64,000 nt of DNA. Origin: Botryllus schlosseri (Eukaryota). The notes under the pieces are model-generated. The model had not been told where the DNA came from, searched no databases, and saw only the letters and a program-made list of their open reading frames with translations. The stretch lies in the NCBI GenBank assembly GCA_051294905.1, contig CM119384.1, forward strand, positions 17,608,001-17,672,000. The letters run 5' to 3'. Shown here one piece after another: positions 41,301 to 53,647 of this stretch; the stretch's first letter is position 1, and every line of letters begins with the position of its first letter. The position numbers were made by a program, and so were the translations under genes.

Positions 41301-44300
41301 TGCAACCAACAACTTCTTTACAAAGTGTATATTTCAGTGATGGAACTACGGGAACAGAAGTTATTGAACTGGAAACTGCGTTTGAAGTGAATGTATCTGT
41401 CGATCAAACATTCATGCCAAAATCATTAACCCCATCACAATATTTTTCGAAAAATATAAGTTTTAAAAATTCTGCTTCTATTCCAGTGTATTGGTATACT
41501 AAGGAAGCAATCGAAGGATCTTCAATGCTTCAATATTCAACTCTGTCGTCGGATGATGCAGAATTATTTGCACCTTTATTAACTACTAAAGAGGATAATC
41601 AGAACTCAACAGGGGAAACAGAAACCGAAAAAGTAGAACATTTTCTTTCAACTTACAGTGATATTCAAGGCAACGTAACACAAACAACCGTATCATGGAT
41701 ACAACAAACTTCATTTCAAGACGGATTGATACCTATGTCGTCATCTGAGTCAATAGAAAGTACATATCCCACTGAAATCTCCATTTCAACATCACAAAAT
41801 ATTCCAAAGAGCTCTCCAATTCCATCACAATTGTATCATCCTTATGCCTCATCAAATACCACGTCCAAAACTCGAAGTACTTATTCTTCTGCAGCATTTA
41901 TCACAAGCACCTATGACATGCAGAAATCTCGTGATGTAGCGGTAAATCAGCAACTTTCAACCATGGCACAAACTGAAATAATACCAACAGAGCATAGCAT
42001 ATCAAGTGATGATTTTCAATCTACACTGTCTGTAGAGTCATTACCAGATACTACAACAGATGAAAAAATTTATGGGAGTGGCTTTGCTGAAACGGGATCT
42101 CAAAATGCGTTAGATGCTATTACTGCTTACAGTTTATTTGATGTTAAAGCAAATTCGACTCAAGCGAGTTATATTACGCTGAGTTTTCCAGCTGACGGGG
42201 AAATTTCAGGCAGTGGACTTTTCGAGGCACATGAGAATGCAACCCCAAACATTGTTTCGCCAACAGTAAAACCTTATCAGCAAATGTATCTAGGTGACAG
42301 GAGCACTTTCAGCAGATCGTCTATTTCACCAGCCATATTTACTGCAAAAATACCTTACAGCCATACTATCAGCAAGATGTCACCAACTTCACTGCAGTCG
42401 GAAGGAGGTTCCAGTCAAACAATCCCAACATTCACAACGTCATTTAAGGAATCTGAAATTTCGAGAAACCCTCTAAATTCCACTCAGTACCAATCTACTT
42501 CAGTAATAGTTGATGCTACTTCTGGGAGTCATGCTGTGAATTCTACATTTTTATCTGATATAACTTCCCCCAATATTGAACTATCGAGTCTGGTCCGTAT
42601 TTCGGACATACCTTCAAGTACATCAGCAGTTGTATACCAAACAATTTCTCCGGACGCGATGGAAAATACAACTACAAGGAATGTTTCTTATGCCAATACT
42701 GAAGAGTCAACGCTGAGTACTTCAACAGGGAAGAGCTATACCGGCAGTGACTTTGCTGAAAACACAACAATCATTGCCGAAGACATTTCCTTGGGAGTGC
42801 AGGATTCAACATACAACGATGTTGACGTGACTAAATTGGAAACAACCAAATTAATATCTCAAAACATTTCTTTTACTGATGTCCCTAAATATATTATATA
42901 TTCTGAGGAGCCAGCTGTTAACAAACCAAAAGATTATTTTGATAGTGAGATTGCTTCAACAGCAGATATAACACTTCCATATAGCACGATGACGCGGAAA
43001 GCTATATATTTCCCTGCGAACTTGCATTTGAATCAGACATCCTCATTAAAAACTCTTGGTTCCACAGAAATGTCAACATATATCATCGGATCTCAAGCAA
43101 TTATTAATGCTTCAAAGAGTCAGATTTTTGACAATACTGTGCAGCATTATGACATGACTACTTCAGATATTGAAGTAATTTCAGGCAGTAAGATTGATGT
43201 AGCAACTGTTCCACCAGTGGGAAACACTACCTTCCAAGAAGAAGAAACGACTAAAATTAAATCAATGTTTGCTCGACCTTTTAACACAATTAAGGTCAAC
43301 ATAAATGCTTCGCCAGGGAAAAGTATACCCAATGGTCGTAACAGTACTGAAATGGAAATCAAGACATCCGGAAGTAAAAATGAATACATTAGTCGAATTT
43401 ATACTTCGTCCCTTGGAATTCAATCTGAAATGATGGTACCAAAATCTACAACATTATTTTCGAAACTAACAGGTTCTCCTGGCCTTCGCGATTCTTCAAT
43501 TTCATCAGAATCTCAGTTTCCAACACAGCTATCAATCAGTTCATCCTCGCTTGATTTTTCTGAGACTGGTGACTTTAATGTCTCTTCGCGCATTTTCAGC
43601 AGTACTGGTGACGATCTCATATCTCCAACACTTGCTACCGGCTTGTCTGAAGAAACTCCACCATCAATGAAAGACACCACATCGAGATTCATAAAAAATG
43701 ATGCATCAGCGGCTTCTACGACATACACTGGATTGAAATTCGATAGATCACAGGAAACACCAATGCCTTTGCTAAGTGTATTTTCTAGCTCCAGCAGCAC
43801 ATACGCTGAAGGTGATATTATCGAACCAGCAACCTCTCATAAAGTAGACATATCCATGATTCATACTCCTGTTCAAAAGTCACCGAATGCTTCATTAGCT
43901 TATTTATTATCCTCCGGGCCTTCTTCAATGCCAACGACTTACCAGAATGAAACATTGATGCCTGGTACGGCCGATGACTTAACACCATCCTCCCGCAATT
44001 CTTCGTCAACAGAATCTTTGATTCAAAATCTGCCATATTTTACTAGTGAAAAACCCTCTACATCGATTTATCAATCAATGGATTCACCTCAGTTCCATTT
44101 TTCACCGGAGTCTACCACTAATAACGCTAAGATGACACGGGGAAGCACCATCAATCTGCCAGTGACTCCTGACATTTATATCACTAAAGAGAATAACACA
44201 CGACAGTCAATGATGATTGCTCCGAAAGGTGGATCCCTTGGTAATGTAATTGACGGAATTGATATTTACCAAATAACAACTGTAGATACACCGCGTGCAT

Positions 44301-45371
44301 CTTCCGGTCAAATTACCGTTGAATTGCCCGATACCAGACAAAATTACTCGACATTGTCAGATTATCAAGAAATATCTTCTTATTTCAAGCATCCATCAAC
44401 CACCTCTAAAACACACAAAAATATTTCTGAAATTCCAAGTCAGAGTATATCTTCTATTTTTGAAGATAGCATATCAACGATGGCTAATATACGAGGAACT
44501 AGTTATGCAGCAACCGCTCTTGTTAGAAGTAAGGTTTCTACTAGAAAAATGATCTCCGGCGCATCAGAGGCTTCGACAAACGAAAATGTATTAAATGATG
44601 TATCTTCTGAAGCCGTGGAAATTATCAGTGAAACAGTTTTGCCATCTATATCTGCACTTGGAATTTCCAATCAGCAACAGATTTCAGCTGAAGCATCAAC
44701 GATCATTGAACTGAAGTCTTCGAGTGAAACAGTGCCTGTATCTACGTCAGGATTACGAAGTGATTTTCTTACTAGCACTTTTTCGCCTTACTATTCAACA
44801 GAACCATTTGATGACACAATGTCTTCAGATATTAGTCTGATGCGAAGTTTTTCACCTGTCACTAACAAAGTCATCAAGAATGCTTTAGAATTCAATTATT
44901 CCAGGCCTGTAATAACAGAGCTACCTGATATTTCAGTCGATGAAGACACTACGATTGGTACGATTCCTGGCACGGAGTTCATGTCATCAAATCCAGCAGA
45001 AAAATCTACTGAGCTTGAAACTACTGCTTCAAAACAAACGTTTGCAGGTAGTGCATTGTCCGCTACGGCTGTCAGGGAAGAAATTACAAAAAGTGTCGAT
45101 ATTGAAAGTATGTCCAGCAAAGAAAAGATTGAAATTACAAAGCTGACAAGTACTAGAGTATCTGAAACAGATATATTTGAATCTGCTGCACACATGTCAA
45201 ACAGAATGGATGACAGTTCAATTTCTGTAACAAGCTTACAGTCAGCGTTACCCGTGAAGAGTTTGAAATTGTCGCACTCTCGTTATTCCACCGGAACAAC
45301 CAACATACCAGCACAAGGCGAAGAATCAGAGTCATTAACAACTACATTGCTTCTGTCAAGCACTGAATCAG
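20373..45371 (+). CDS. Giant 24,999-nt exon (8,333 codons): Ser/Thr/Glu/Asp-rich GAG-attachment / mucin-like region
   Basis: ORF 20402..45433 is open throughout. Acceptor ctcttattacag|AT ATA (phase 1) is in frame; candidate donor TCA G|gtatcc at 45372 (phase 1). More than 20 acidic-SGSG-type motifs and no Cys seen on read-through. The 3' boundary is inferred. Confidence 0.85.
23660..39950 (+). repeat. Coding tandem repeat array (about 290-300 aa units; near-identical core about 26830-36570)
   Basis: DDELSGSG-type markers at 26831, 27728, 28598, 29495, 30392, 31262, 32159, 33029, 33926, 34796, 35666 and 36566 (spacing 897/870 nt, last 900). Degenerate flanking units have markers at 23921, 24629, 25334, 26162, 37451, 38315, 39170 and 39923. 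Confidence 0.92.
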
Positions 45372-45385
45372 GTATCCATTTGACC

Positions 45386-46654
45386 CAGTGGTTCTCAAAC
45401 TTTTTGACCTCGCGGCACACTTTCAAAATGTAAAATAGTTCACGGCAAACCAACACACTGGTTCCCAGCTTTTTGTTGGCTTACGGCACCTGAAAACTAC
45501 CAGAATAGTTAGCATGCAGCGCCTTATACAGTCGTACAGAGGTGGTCTCTGACGAAGTACTTCTCTTTTTGCGGAGCATTCAAGTACGATTTGCTATGCT
45601 TCGATGAATAAATTACGGTATCTTCTATATCTGCGGACATGTCACAAATACGTCTACGAATAGCATCATTTAACACGGGAATCGTTTTCAATTCTTCCGC
45701 TGCCTTGGTTCCAAATATTTTTTTTACAATTCTAGTGCAAGCTGGAAGAATAACGTTCTCCGCTTCCGTGTGAGGTGTTGAATTTTTAGCGATTACCTCT
45801 GCCCCCACATAACTAGCCTAATGCGATCTCGTTGAAACTTCGACCTGCACTTCCTATTACATAAGATTTATTCGACAATAAACTCTGCCCACTATACCAC
45901 GCATTGTCGATGTAATTAACCAAAGCGTCGAAGAGACCAAGCACAATCGCCACAGACGAATACACAGGATACAAGGATATTAAAGTCATTTCCACGCGGA
46001 TCGTGTAGCACGCGTGAGGATTGCAATACCTAGTTCTATTGGGTCACCCGCAGTTCAATTATAGTTCCAACAAACCGGGATAATAATCTCAAAGGCGGGG
46101 AAATTTGTAAACTGATATAATTTGATCAACCTTACTTCTCACTTATCAAATTCGTTGCCTGTAACATAACGTTGCTCTCCGCGCCTACATTTTAACGGGA
46201 TAGCCGGCACGTTGTTTAACAATCGCAATGTGGATGGCTATTGTGTTGTCATTCGAATTTTTAAACGTGAACACAAATTCCAAAGCAGTTCATTTCTCGC
46301 AGGTGATCAGGTAGACGATAAGGATTTTAAAACTACATTGTAATAGAGGCGACGCCATGTCTGCTCTCCTCTGCGTTCAGTCAACGAATTGTGCAAAACT
46401 GAATTCAGCCTTCCTGGCACACTATATGTCTGGTAAAGCGAATTCGCGCTAGATGTTGATTGCGGGTATGACAGCAATTGGGATTTGTCAAATGTATAAC
46501 TTCACATCGAGCCCGTTTTTGATTATTGATCGTTTGCTATAGACTAGAATTATTTTGCGCTAAATTTCGAAATTCCGGAAAATTCTCTCGCGTCACCCTT
46601 CCGAGACGTAAATGGCACACTAGTGTGTCGCGGCACACCGTTCGAGAACCATTG
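45386..46654 (-). mobile_element. Defective hAT (Buster/Charlie-type) DNA transposon with transposase remnant
   Basis: TIRs cagtggttctcaaac ... gttcgagaaccattg and 8-bp TSD atttgacc/atttaacc. Minus ORF 45524..45808 (AENVILPACTRIVKKIFGTKAAEELKTIPVLNDAIRRRICDMSADIEDTV) resembles ZBED5/SCAND3/Buster-type transposase sequence. Confidence 0.9.
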
Positions 46655-46957
46655 ATTTAACCTCTTCAATGCAACCTTCCAATTCAATTCTGAGCCAAAC
46701 TTGCAATGGTACTTTTAAAGATTCCAGTCATGATACACAGGAGGGATATTCTATGACTGCTACAATGGATAAATCCACATTTTCCGCATCTGCAATTACT
46801 GGATATGTTACGACCATATATAGCACCTCATTTCAACAACGAACATCCACACCTATATCCAAACGATTTCTGCAATATTCTGTCTTAGATAGTAGCCTTA
46901 CTTCTGATTCAAAGCAGAATACTGCTCCCCGATATGTCCCAGTATAAACCCCTTTAG
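46655..46957 (+). pseudogene. Decayed former coding segment of the giant exon (in-frame S/T-rich sequence with premature TAA at 46945-46947)
   Basis: After removing the element and one TSD the frame reads ...SGIHLT-SSMQPSNSILSQ... continuously. A single TAA separates it from ORF 46990..48468, which is in the same frame. Confidence 0.65.
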
Positions 46958-48424
46958 CTGTAGAAAGCATTCTTTTTACAGATACTACGTTGGCACCTAT
47001 TTTTGAAGCTGAATCTTCAATGGAAAATTTCAGTACTGCTGTGTACAACCCGACAAATGCAACAGGATTGTCGTCCACCAGGGGTTCTGATCTAACTGAG
47101 GCTTCTACAGCAGCTTCTGGATCTATGTCATCGACTATTGTTAGTCGTACATTTTCGCATGATAGAGGTGGTTATCTGTCACCAAATGCCACAGTTCAAC
47201 AAGGAAATATGACTACTGCAAATTCAAATTTAGGATCAAATAAAACATCCGTTATATTACGGAGTGTGTCTACATCCACTTATGTGACACAGAGCCTTTC
47301 ATCAAATCCAGATCCTGCAGCAACCTCAGGGAGCATTTTGATCGGTCCCAAAATGATCAATACATCCCTATCTCCGTCTACGGCACAATCTCCCACACAG
47401 GACAGCAGTTCATATGATGATGCAGGATCTTTGCCATCAAGGAGAATACCTGCAGTAACAAAAACGTCTGAATTACCAGACACGCCCTCGACAACTACCA
47501 GGTTCTCTGATATAGATCATACATATGTACCAGTCACCACCCTTCTACAATTGTACACCATTGCAGCTGCACATGCTGATGATGTTCTGACCTCAACATC
47601 AATTTCACAAGATGTTTCCAGATCTGTTGAATCTACCCATAAACCATCTGAGACAAACACAAGTTCACCTAGAATGACGATCGCTCATTCAAAGTCAATT
47701 TCGCCTACATCCCGTTATGAAGGCACTGAGCTAAGCAATTCAACTGTTCCTCTAACTCAAAAAGGATTATCATACACCTCAACAATTGCTGACGCAGAGA
47801 AAAGATATGGGAAATTTCCATCAGGCACCGACGATTTTGAATCACCATCATACACCGTATCTACTAACAAATTAACATATGAAGTCGTATCCAGTGCTTC
47901 CAATTTGATCCAAACCTCTCTAACATCAATAGTGAACGCAACATCAATACGAAGTTTGCCTACTCTGGTATATTCCATATTGAACAATATTTCAAGTTCC
48001 AGCCATCCTGTCGATACTGCGAACCGGACTGAAGCAGAAATACGGTCTTATTCAACACATAGTTTGCATTTCCCCTCCCAGGGGCCCTTAGTTCACAGAA
48101 CTTCCAGCTCAGTGACTAATCTGTTGCAGAAACAAGATAGAGAAAATGCTACGGAGGAATTGAATGAAACAACTGTAATTTCCTCAGTTTCAATGGTGGA
48201 AGCAAATGTGACTGTGAGTGTACGTAACGTCTCATCAACACCTCTCCCATTTCCTGAGTCAACAGAACCAGGTGTTCCCTATTTTACTAACATGACTGAA
48301 AAGCAGCCTCAGATGCTGCAGACATTGAATATGACAGATTCAAGACAATACATCTCGAATGGGTCACCTCCCACAACCACCAAATCTTCGCCAAGTGCAG
48401 TCTCCGTTACAATGAAAGAGACAT
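46958..48424 (+). CDS. Ser/Thr-rich exon (distal part of the GAG/mucin region)
   Basis: ORF 46990..48468, donor T|gtaagt at 48425 (phase 1). Candidate acceptor cccctttag|CT (phase 1) lies 10 nt after the premature stop. Start coordinate inferred. Confidence 0.7.
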
Positions 48425-48487
48425 GTAAGTATTATCCCACAGCGGTAATTCCTTACCTACTTTTGTAATGTACCTATTCATTTTTAG

Positions 48488-48640
48488 TATATTGCCCAAC
48501 AGAATGGGTAATGTTCCAACATAACTGCTACAAACATTTTACAAAGAAATTGCGGTGGCATGCAGCTGAAGAGAAATGTGCTGAATTTGATTCTAACTTG
48601 GTCAGCATCCACAGTGCATCAGAAAATGACTTTATTTCAG
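48488..48640 (+). CDS. C-type lectin domain 1, exon a
   Basis: YCPTEWVMFQHNCYKHFTKKLRWHAAEEKCAEFDSNLVSIHSASENDFIS; 63-nt intron upstream; phase 1-1. Confidence 0.92.
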
Positions 48641-49752
48641 GTGAAGAACATCATATAAAACTCATTCTTCATGTTGCCTGCATGTGCCAATATTTCTACA
48701 ATGTTTAATATGTATTTGATAGACAAAATGCTGTTGCTGATTATATCTCGCAACAGTTTATACGCCATACAAGAATACACTGCGTAACAGTATTTTTGTT
48801 TAACTCGAATTTCAATGGCCCTTCCTGTTTTCTGGGACGCTAGAGTGAGATAGAGAGCTAAGATGAGATCGACAGCTGTCGCATGTTACATCTCAAGTCC
48901 GGCCCTTATTTTGGCACTCTCTAGACATGCCAATATGCAATCTAGAAATTTTCCACTATTAGGCTGCTTTCACTATCTTATTTGAAATGTGATTACTACC
49001 AAAGAAATATCCACATATACATAAAATAAGTTTTGCTGGAACAAATTGCGACTTACGTATAAAAAAAAAATATAAAAAGTAATTTTGCAATAACAAGGTA
49101 TCACACTCATAAAGATGTGACTCTGGTATAACCTCTAGTAATGTATCAAACCTGCGAACGATAAGCGAAATAGTTTGTAAGCAGATATTTGCTATACTAG
49201 CCAAGTTCCGCAATTCTGATGTAGATTGTCAAAACATCACAGCATTTATGAGTTAAAAGATGAGATATGGTTTTTCTTCACCTATCCAAATATGTATAGA
49301 CTAGACCTTAACCCACAACTTAATTATGGTGCCATATTAACAAATGGAATTTGTGCTTTTCAGTGTGTAGTGCAGTTTGGCACTGCTCCACTCCTCACCC
49401 CACTCCCGCAGCATAATAAAAATATCAAGGCAAATCAAAATTTCATCCGATTTTGTTACATCGTGATATGAGTGATGGTACCAATTTATAGTACCAGTAC
49501 CCCTCGTGATAATTATTGGTCAAAAAAGTTATTTTCTCTTGAAATGAACTCCATTTCATGGCATTAATTGGCTTGATAATTTGACTTAAAATTTGAAAAA
49601 CGTAATTCCAAGGTATCAAATATACCCCTGATAATAAACGATTAGCGACAGAGACATGCTTCACTATGAATACACTCTGAAAGCAAGAAACTTTCATCAG
49701 TCTCCGGTAAAATTATCCAAGTCATTATTGTTACAATTTTTAACCATTCAAG

Positions 49753-49832
49753 GACAAGCAAGAGTATCGCAATGGATTGGATTAAAATCTGAAAGAGGAA
49801 GCACATCTATGTGGTCTGATGGAACAGCTATG
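49753..49832 (+). CDS. C-type lectin domain 1, exon b (WIGL motif)
   Basis: GQARVSQWIGLKSERGSTSMWSDGTAM; donor ATG|gtgagt (phase 0). Confidence 0.9.
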
Positions 49833-50449
49833 GTGAGTTCCATTATTAGCTGTAACTGAAGCAATTATTGGAAGGAAACCCAGGTCAAGTCAAAGTCAAA
49901 CCGGTCCCTTCTAATTAACTTCATCAAGGTGATTATTTTTAGATGTACACTGAGGAAATTGACTTGAAATGAACATGGGCGGTTGAGCTGTTTTAAAATT
50001 CAATATTATGCGTTTTAGTGTTAGCATTTGTCTAATTGGAAGACAAAGTTGTTTCGATTCCTTTTCATTCTATCTCAATTTTGTGGTGTTTTGAAATAAT
50101 AAAATTATTGATATATTGAACGGAACCAAACATGTACCAGAAATTATGATTGCAGTTCTGTAACCTTATATTTTGTAAATGATTAGGTATAGAATAAATG
50201 TTTGTATAAGTTGTTATTGTTCCTATCCTCTGGCTGAGAAGGTAATTTGAAACGAGTCGATAATATTGGTTAAGACACAAAAATTGATAACAAATTTTGA
50301 TCCAGGCTTTCCATGTATGTATTATATAGTGCACCTTGTCTAGGAGCAGTTGTCCGTGGCTGCCATAACTATGGAAATGTTAAATGTTTGAATATGTAAA
50401 CCATATGCTTAGAGAATGGTTATTGGTTACTTATGATCTATTATGTTAG

Positions 50450-50729
50450 GACTATCACAACTGGAGAAGAAGGGGCGAAAACAGGAAAAAAACAAGGTGC
50501 GGAATGCTGCTACAGAAAGCCGCCAAATGGTCTCTCACTGTTTGCAACAAAAAGAGGAGGCAGTTTGTTTGCAAGATGGCTATTCCGGACAGTACGACAT
50601 CTGCTGGCAATGCTGCCACCATTGCTTCTTACACACCACCCGTAGATAGCACAGACGTCCATAGATTACAAACTGAGACAAGACTTAATCTACCCACCTC
50701 AGATTTCCTGATTACTGATATAATAACAG
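50450..50729 (+). CDS. C-type lectin domain 1, exon c plus Thr-rich linker
   Basis: DYHNWRRRGENRKKTRCGMLLQKAAKWSLTVCNKKRRQFVCKM then linker; atgttag acceptor, G|gtataa donor. Confidence 0.88.
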
Positions 50730-51269
50730 GTATAAGCATTTTTGGAATTTGTTTTCAATATCGTAATTATTCATATCATTTTTCGTGGGATCTTTCGGCT
50801 CTTGAAACTTTTGAAGGGTGATGCATACAAAAAAATATACCAGTCAGGGTAAAAGTGTATTGTGATAATAGGTCAATTTCAAATTGTGAAGATTACATGT
50901 TGAATTTTACCGATGAGTTGCAATTCATTCCAGTTGACAAACCAATATAATGACCATTGCGCAGTCTCTATACTTAATTTGTCAGATAAATATAGATATC
51001 ATGATGTTATTCCTTTTATTTTGAAATTTTCTTATTATCAAAGAATTTGTGATCATTGTATTGATTAAATTTCCTGAACTTTCCATTTTCTGAGGTAACA
51101 ATACTCGTATGATCTGAAATATCAACCCTCGCTTCCATTTCAATTCCAATCTAATTTCCTACAGGCATTCGAATGGATCATATAATACATATAATATTCT
51201 GATTTTGCACTTGGAGCATGGTTGAGGCCGTATTCAGCTGATCAATTGTATTCGTCAACTTTGTTTTAG

Positions 51270-51374
51270 CATGCGATGCAGAAACATGTCTAAATGGGGG
51301 GAAATGCTCAGAAGTGGAATCAGCGCCCTTGTGTAATTGCGCCGAGGGATTTGATGGAGTCATTTGTGAAATAG
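51270..51374 (+). CDS. EGF-like domain 1
   Basis: ACDAETCLNGGKCSEVESAPLCNCAEGFDGVICEI; 105 nt, phase 1-1. Confidence 0.92.
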
Positions 51375-51433
51375 GTAGAGTTTGTTGAGGGTGTTTTAGA
51401 TTCATTGTAATCAGCTTTCCTGTAAATATTCAG

Positions 51434-51550
51434 ATGTGGATGAATGCTTCAATGGAAAATGCGACCAGTTTTGTACTAATACCTTTGGTTCGTACATATG
51501 CTCTTGCGACATTGGGTTCCGTTTGGATGAAACTGGAGAAAGTTGTACAG
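51434..51550 (+). CDS. Calcium-binding EGF domain
   Basis: [39 protein letters not shown] has the D-x-D-E-C and C-x-N-x-x-G-S-Y-x-C signatures; 117 nt, phase 1-1. Confidence 0.93.
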
Positions 51551-51937
51551 GTAATAATGTGCATTTATCATTATCTTTATCCGTGGTTCCAATTCTAATA
51601 TATACATCTGTTCAAGACACACAATATACGATGTCCTGTAGTGAACAAATAGGTGGATGGCGAAACAATTAAGCGTAGACTGTCGGCCTTCTGGTATTAC
51701 TAGTATAAATGTCCGATATTACAGTGTTCGATATCTCAAGTCTTTATTTTAGGCACTTTCCTCGCCTTTTTCATTCTTCCATTTGCTCCCGCTTCACCAT
51801 ATCTTTATCATAAGCTTTTTGTTAATATTAGTATGGTAGAAAGTGGTAGTACCGCGTAACTCCCATAACTGACTGGTGCGCCATGGTCGAAAATTACCTT
51901 CTGGTATAAGCTACTTCGAAACATACTTTAGCTTTTA

Positions 51938-52255
51938 CTATGCAGGTCCAGATTTAAGGAATCCATCACACGATATCACAAACTCGGTAACATGTGTTAA
52001 TAGCGCAGGCAGGACTAAGAGGTATTCAGTTTTGAATGAAATGTTACAATTATGAAAGAGTTCCATGAAAAAAGAACGCGGAAAATCATATCTTGAACAG
52101 TAGAGAAGTAAATGGTCGACGGTTTCGGCGATATTGCAATGATTACAGAGCGGAGTATCTGAACATCCTGTTCTAAATAAATGAGCATAAAGCCTACAGT
52201 GACCGGATGACGGATGACGGAAATTTATGACCTCAAATTGCCGATTTTTTTGCAT
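51938..52255 (-). mobile_element. Non-LTR retrotransposon (LINE) ORF2 C-terminal fragment
   Basis: GHCRLYAHLFRTGCSDTPLCNHCNIAETVDHLLLYCSRY has the C-x2-C...ET..H..(L)..C zinc-knuckle-like tail typical of I/Jockey/R1-group LINE ORF2. Confidence 0.78.
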
Positions 52256-52363
52256 TTACGGGACTTTTTACGGGACTTTTGATGCAACTCTTTTTTGTAA
52301 AGACGGTGTAAGAGTAGCGAGACAGGAGAGATTAGGGTCCGGATAAAAATCGGTGGTTGTATT

Positions 52364-52883
52364 TAGGGCTGTTCAAAATCGAGTACCTGAGTGATTCGAT
52401 TCTGAATCACATAATATGCCTCGGGTCGAGTCGAGTAACGAGTATCACCCATTATGACGTCATAACATAATGTTATACGTCAAAGCTCAAACATGTACCG
52501 TTTATGCCACCAAAAAGAATAAGCTGCCAGTTATCCGTCTCATAAAAGATACTTGGGTATTTTTTGACCATACCGATTTCATTCCAGCTGGGGACAATGT
52601 TGTGGGATAATCATGACTTTGGAAATGTGCTATGCCCAGTAACCTTCGTAGCTTTTTACCAGATGTTTCGTACACTACGATACCGCCAATCAAGGTTTCA
52701 AGGCTTCAACAGTGAAAAATAGTATCGAAACTATAATTCTCATTGATAAATTGACTTTTAGCGCTGAGAAGCGTATAATTTCAGTACTCGAAAAAATCGT
52801 ATTTTACTACTCTACTCGACTCGAATCATCAAATTTATTATTCGATTCAGATTCGAGTACTCGAATCATTGTGCCCAGCCCTA
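52364..52883. mobile_element. hAT-type MITE with tcgagt/actcga subterminal repeats
   Basis: TIR tagggctg ... cagcccta; TSD gttgtatt/gttatatt. Confidence 0.8.
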
Positions 52884-53311
52884 GTTATATTATTTATAAT
52901 CACAAAATGTACAATCCGATACACAAGACATAATGCGCAATGCAACGTAATTAGCAGATAGAATAATACTTAAACGAACAAGTACAATATGAACTACTGT
53001 GTTAAGAAATTATTGCCCAACAATTATGCATGAAAACTCAAATATAGATAGTCTTTGTTCGAAAAAGATTTCACAGATCAACAGATTGTGGTATTATATT
53101 TTGATTAAATGTTTATTTCAAAAGTATTTTCTCTCTTCATATTATATCAGTTTATTTGTATCACCATTTATATTGCCAAAATGTATTTTCTAGAATCTAT
53201 ATGATACCCGATCATATTATCATATGTAAGAAATTTCTGTAAAACTCCAACTCAACAATTGAAGTTCTGTACCTACAAGAATCTCTTCTAACACAACAGT
53301 TCACCATGCAG

Positions 53312-53413
53312 ACTTGTGCGATTCTGAAAGATGTCTCAATGGAGGCACTTGTATCCCGAACTCTGGAGAATGTTTATGTTCCCAAGGATTTGTGGGTACG
53401 AGATGTGAGATAG
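53312..53413 (+). CDS. EGF-like domain 3
   Basis: DLCDSERCLNGGTCIPNSGECLCSQGFVGTRCEI; 102 nt, phase 1-1. Confidence 0.92.
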   Translation, partial: TCAILKDVSMEALVSRTLENVYVPKDLWVRDVR

Positions 53414-53647
53414 GTGAGATTGCAATTTTCCAATTCTTTGCAGAGCTTGAACATTTTCTGTCAACTTTCGTTTCACCGTCTGTCAGGGACGTTATACTAT
53501 TTGTGAACTGATTTAGTGTGATCTTTGTGATCGTTTATACTGTAAATTACACAAAAAGATGGATATGATACACTAGTAGCACTGTGTTGTTGCTTTCAAG
53601 CCATGAACATGATCTGGAGTATGATTCCAACTATTTTCAGTGATAGG

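Noticed and set aside
20503-45341. Dozens of minus-strand and off-frame ORFs inside the giant exon (e.g. recurring MSDIRL..., MLCLFVE...)
   Set aside because: These are antisense or frame shadows of the repetitive S/T-rich sense ORF; they recur with the repeat period and have no independent domain signal.
45372-45433. Treating the full ORF 20402..45433 as a stand-alone intronless gene
   Set aside because: It starts at TTG without a signal peptide, has an in-frame acceptor at 20372 linking it to the Ig exons, and its last codons come from transposon TIR sequence.
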